IMG/VR virus record: IMGVR_UViG_3300043436_004224
DNA length: 55,691 bases
Reading direction: 5' to 3' (one strand)
Origin: an uncultured virus (IMG/VR IMGVR_UViG_3300043436_004224)
Taxonomy: Duplodnaviria; Heunggongvirae; Uroviricota; Caudoviricetes
Part shown: positions 54,101 to 55,691 of the stretch, in pieces
Position numbering within the stretch: the stretch's first letter is position 1
Layout: every line of letters begins with the position of its first letter
Program-made: the position numbers and the translations under genes
The notes under the pieces: model-generated
What the model was told of the DNA's origin: nothing
Seen by the model: only the letters and a program-made list of their open reading frames with translations
Databases searched by the model: none

Positions 54101-55687
54101 TTAACCAGTCGGATCAGCCCAAAGCGAGCCGTTCCAAATCTTTACAGGAGCCTCTTCCCAGGTAGCACCGTTCCAAACTTTAAAAACACTTGGAACCCAA
54201 GCGGTGCCGTTCCAGACAGATCCTCCAGCTGATGGCTCTACTAGTATAGTTAAAAGCCCTGTAGTTATGGTTTCCGCGGTAGGCGTTGAAGCATTACTAG
54301 CTACAACTTTAAAGCTGTATGTCCCAGCAGCGGTCGGAGTTCCAGTAATTGCTCCGGTACCTGTATTGAGTGCAAGTCCTAGAGGTAGCGTTCCTACATT
54401 CTCGAGCGCATAGCTAGCTGCGTTAGATGCAGATACCCCGTCTGTGTAAGGTTGACCTACTCTCACTGTTGTAGTGGTTAGTATTTCATCTGACCACACT
54501 GCTAGTCGTGCTAATGGAGCTAGAGTAAAACTTTTTTCTATGGTCTCGTTGTCTGCGTTTTTTCCAGTTATAGTAAAAGAAAAACTTGAAGTAGACGTTA
54601 CAGTACCTGTTATGGCTCCAGTGTTTGCATTAAGTGATAGTCCGGTGCCTGCGAGACCTACCGCTGAATAAGCATTAGTGGCAGCTGCATTTGTTGCGGT
54701 TACCTGGTCACTATACGCAACATCAACCCTAGGTCGTCCAAGTGTATCGTCTGACCAAACAGGTAGTGGTTGACGTCTATTTAAAGTAAAAGTTTCTGAT
54801 GCTTTTGCTACTCCAGCCGAGTTAAAGGCATTTACAGTAAAATTAAATGTCTGCGATGCACCAGCGGTAGGTGTGCCTGCAATAACTCCAGTGCTTGTAT
54901 TAAGAGTTAGTCCTGCTGGCAATACAGTGGATCCACCAACTAGTGCATACGGATTAGTTGTTCTAATTCCAGTTGCAGTAACTGTTTTAGTGTAGGCAGT
55001 TCCAACTCTTACATCTTCTGTAAAAGAAGTGGTTGACCAAACCGCTAGCGGCGGGTTTACGGTAATGCTAAATGTTCTATCAGCTATAGCACCGTTGTTG
55101 TTTGCCCTAAAGGTAAAACTAGCTGTGCCAGTTGTTGTAGGGGTCCCCGAGATGGTGTTATTAGTGACATCAAACCCGCCAGTTGCGCCGCTAACCCCTG
55201 TGAGGCTATAGCTAGTAACTGGATCTGCAGTTACAGTAGCTGAATACTCATTTCCGACTGTAGCAGCTGATAGCGTTGTCCCAGTCTGCCATACCGGAGT
55301 GACAACCGGAGGCGGCGGCGGTGCGTTAGTATAGGTTCCAGACCCGCTGGCACTTCCTATAGTACCGGCATTAGTAACACTGCCACTAGTTGCAACAGAG
55401 CTAGCTGAAGTGCTTAATGTGCCGGACCTGATTGTTAGAGTTGTCTGAGTGTTACCTCTAAAATCAAAATTAAAAAGTACGTTAGTTGCTATAGTAGTTC
55501 CACCAATAGATAGGTTGTATCTACCGGACCCATACGAGCTTGCTAGGTTATTACTTAAAGGATTAAGTTCAAGGGCATAAGTAAGTGTTCCCGGGGTTGT
55601 TCCAGATACGTCAAGCCTGAGCCTAAACTGTCTTCGAACAGGGCTTAATGAGTTTCCGCTAAAATTTGATGCCCAAACAATTGCCAC
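54101..55687 (-). CDS. Virion surface/fibre protein with repeated putative Ig domains
   Basis: Four ~88 aa repeats with LP.GL.LN..TG.I.GTPT pattern; C-terminal WNG..W repeats. Confidence 0.8.
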   Translation of the reverse strand: MAIVWASNFSGNSLSPVRRQFRLRLDVSGTTPGTLTYALELNPLSNNLASSYGSGRYNLSIGGTTIATNVLFNFDFRGNTQTTLTIRSGTLSTSASSVATSGSVTNAGTIGSASGSGTYTNAPPPPPVVTPVWQTGTTLSAATVGNEYSATVTADPVTSYSLTGVSGATGGFDVTNNTISGTPTTTGTASFTFRANNNGAIADRTFSITVNPPLAVWSTTSFTEDVRVGTAYTKTVTATGIRTTNPYALVGGSTVLPAGLTLNTSTGVIAGTPTAGASQTFNFTVNAFNSAGVAKASETFTLNRRQPLPVWSDDTLGRPRVDVAYSDQVTATNAAATNAYSAVGLAGTGLSLNANTGAITGTVTSTSSFSFTITGKNADNETIEKSFTLAPLARLAVWSDEILTTTTVRVGQPYTDGVSASNAASYALENVGTLPLGLALNTGTGAITGTPTAAGTYSFKVVASNASTPTAETITTGLLTILVEPSAGGSVWNGTAWVPSVFKVWNGATWEEAPVKIWNGSLWADPTG

Positions 55688-55691
55688 TTAC

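Overview
The window is a 55.7 kb piece of a dsDNA tailed phage genome (siphovirus-type, no sheath gene). A WhiB gene and leaderless starts point to an actinobacterial host; the moderate GC suggests a low-GC freshwater lineage (inference). Order on the + strand: small early genes, a ~740 bp non-coding region, two paralogous double-HTH genes, a secreted NlpC/P60 gene with a structured leader, and small membrane genes. Next come terminase, portal, Dps, several large head-associated multidomain proteins, protease polyprotein, hexamer/pentamer capsid proteins and a full tail module. These are followed by PolA, RuvC-like nuclease, SNF2 helicase, Cas4-like nuclease, AAA ATPase, SSB, glycosyltransferases, WhiB and primase-helicase. 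The standout signal is a twice-occurring cassette, AAAAAAAG-N5-GCCCCT plus hairpin, in two head genes. At 14117 a -1 frameshift would append a ~717 aa zincin + GNAT effector module to a 1036 aa head-module protein. At 20832 the same shift would truncate the protease polyprotein. All calls come from motif recognition by eye; no searches were run.
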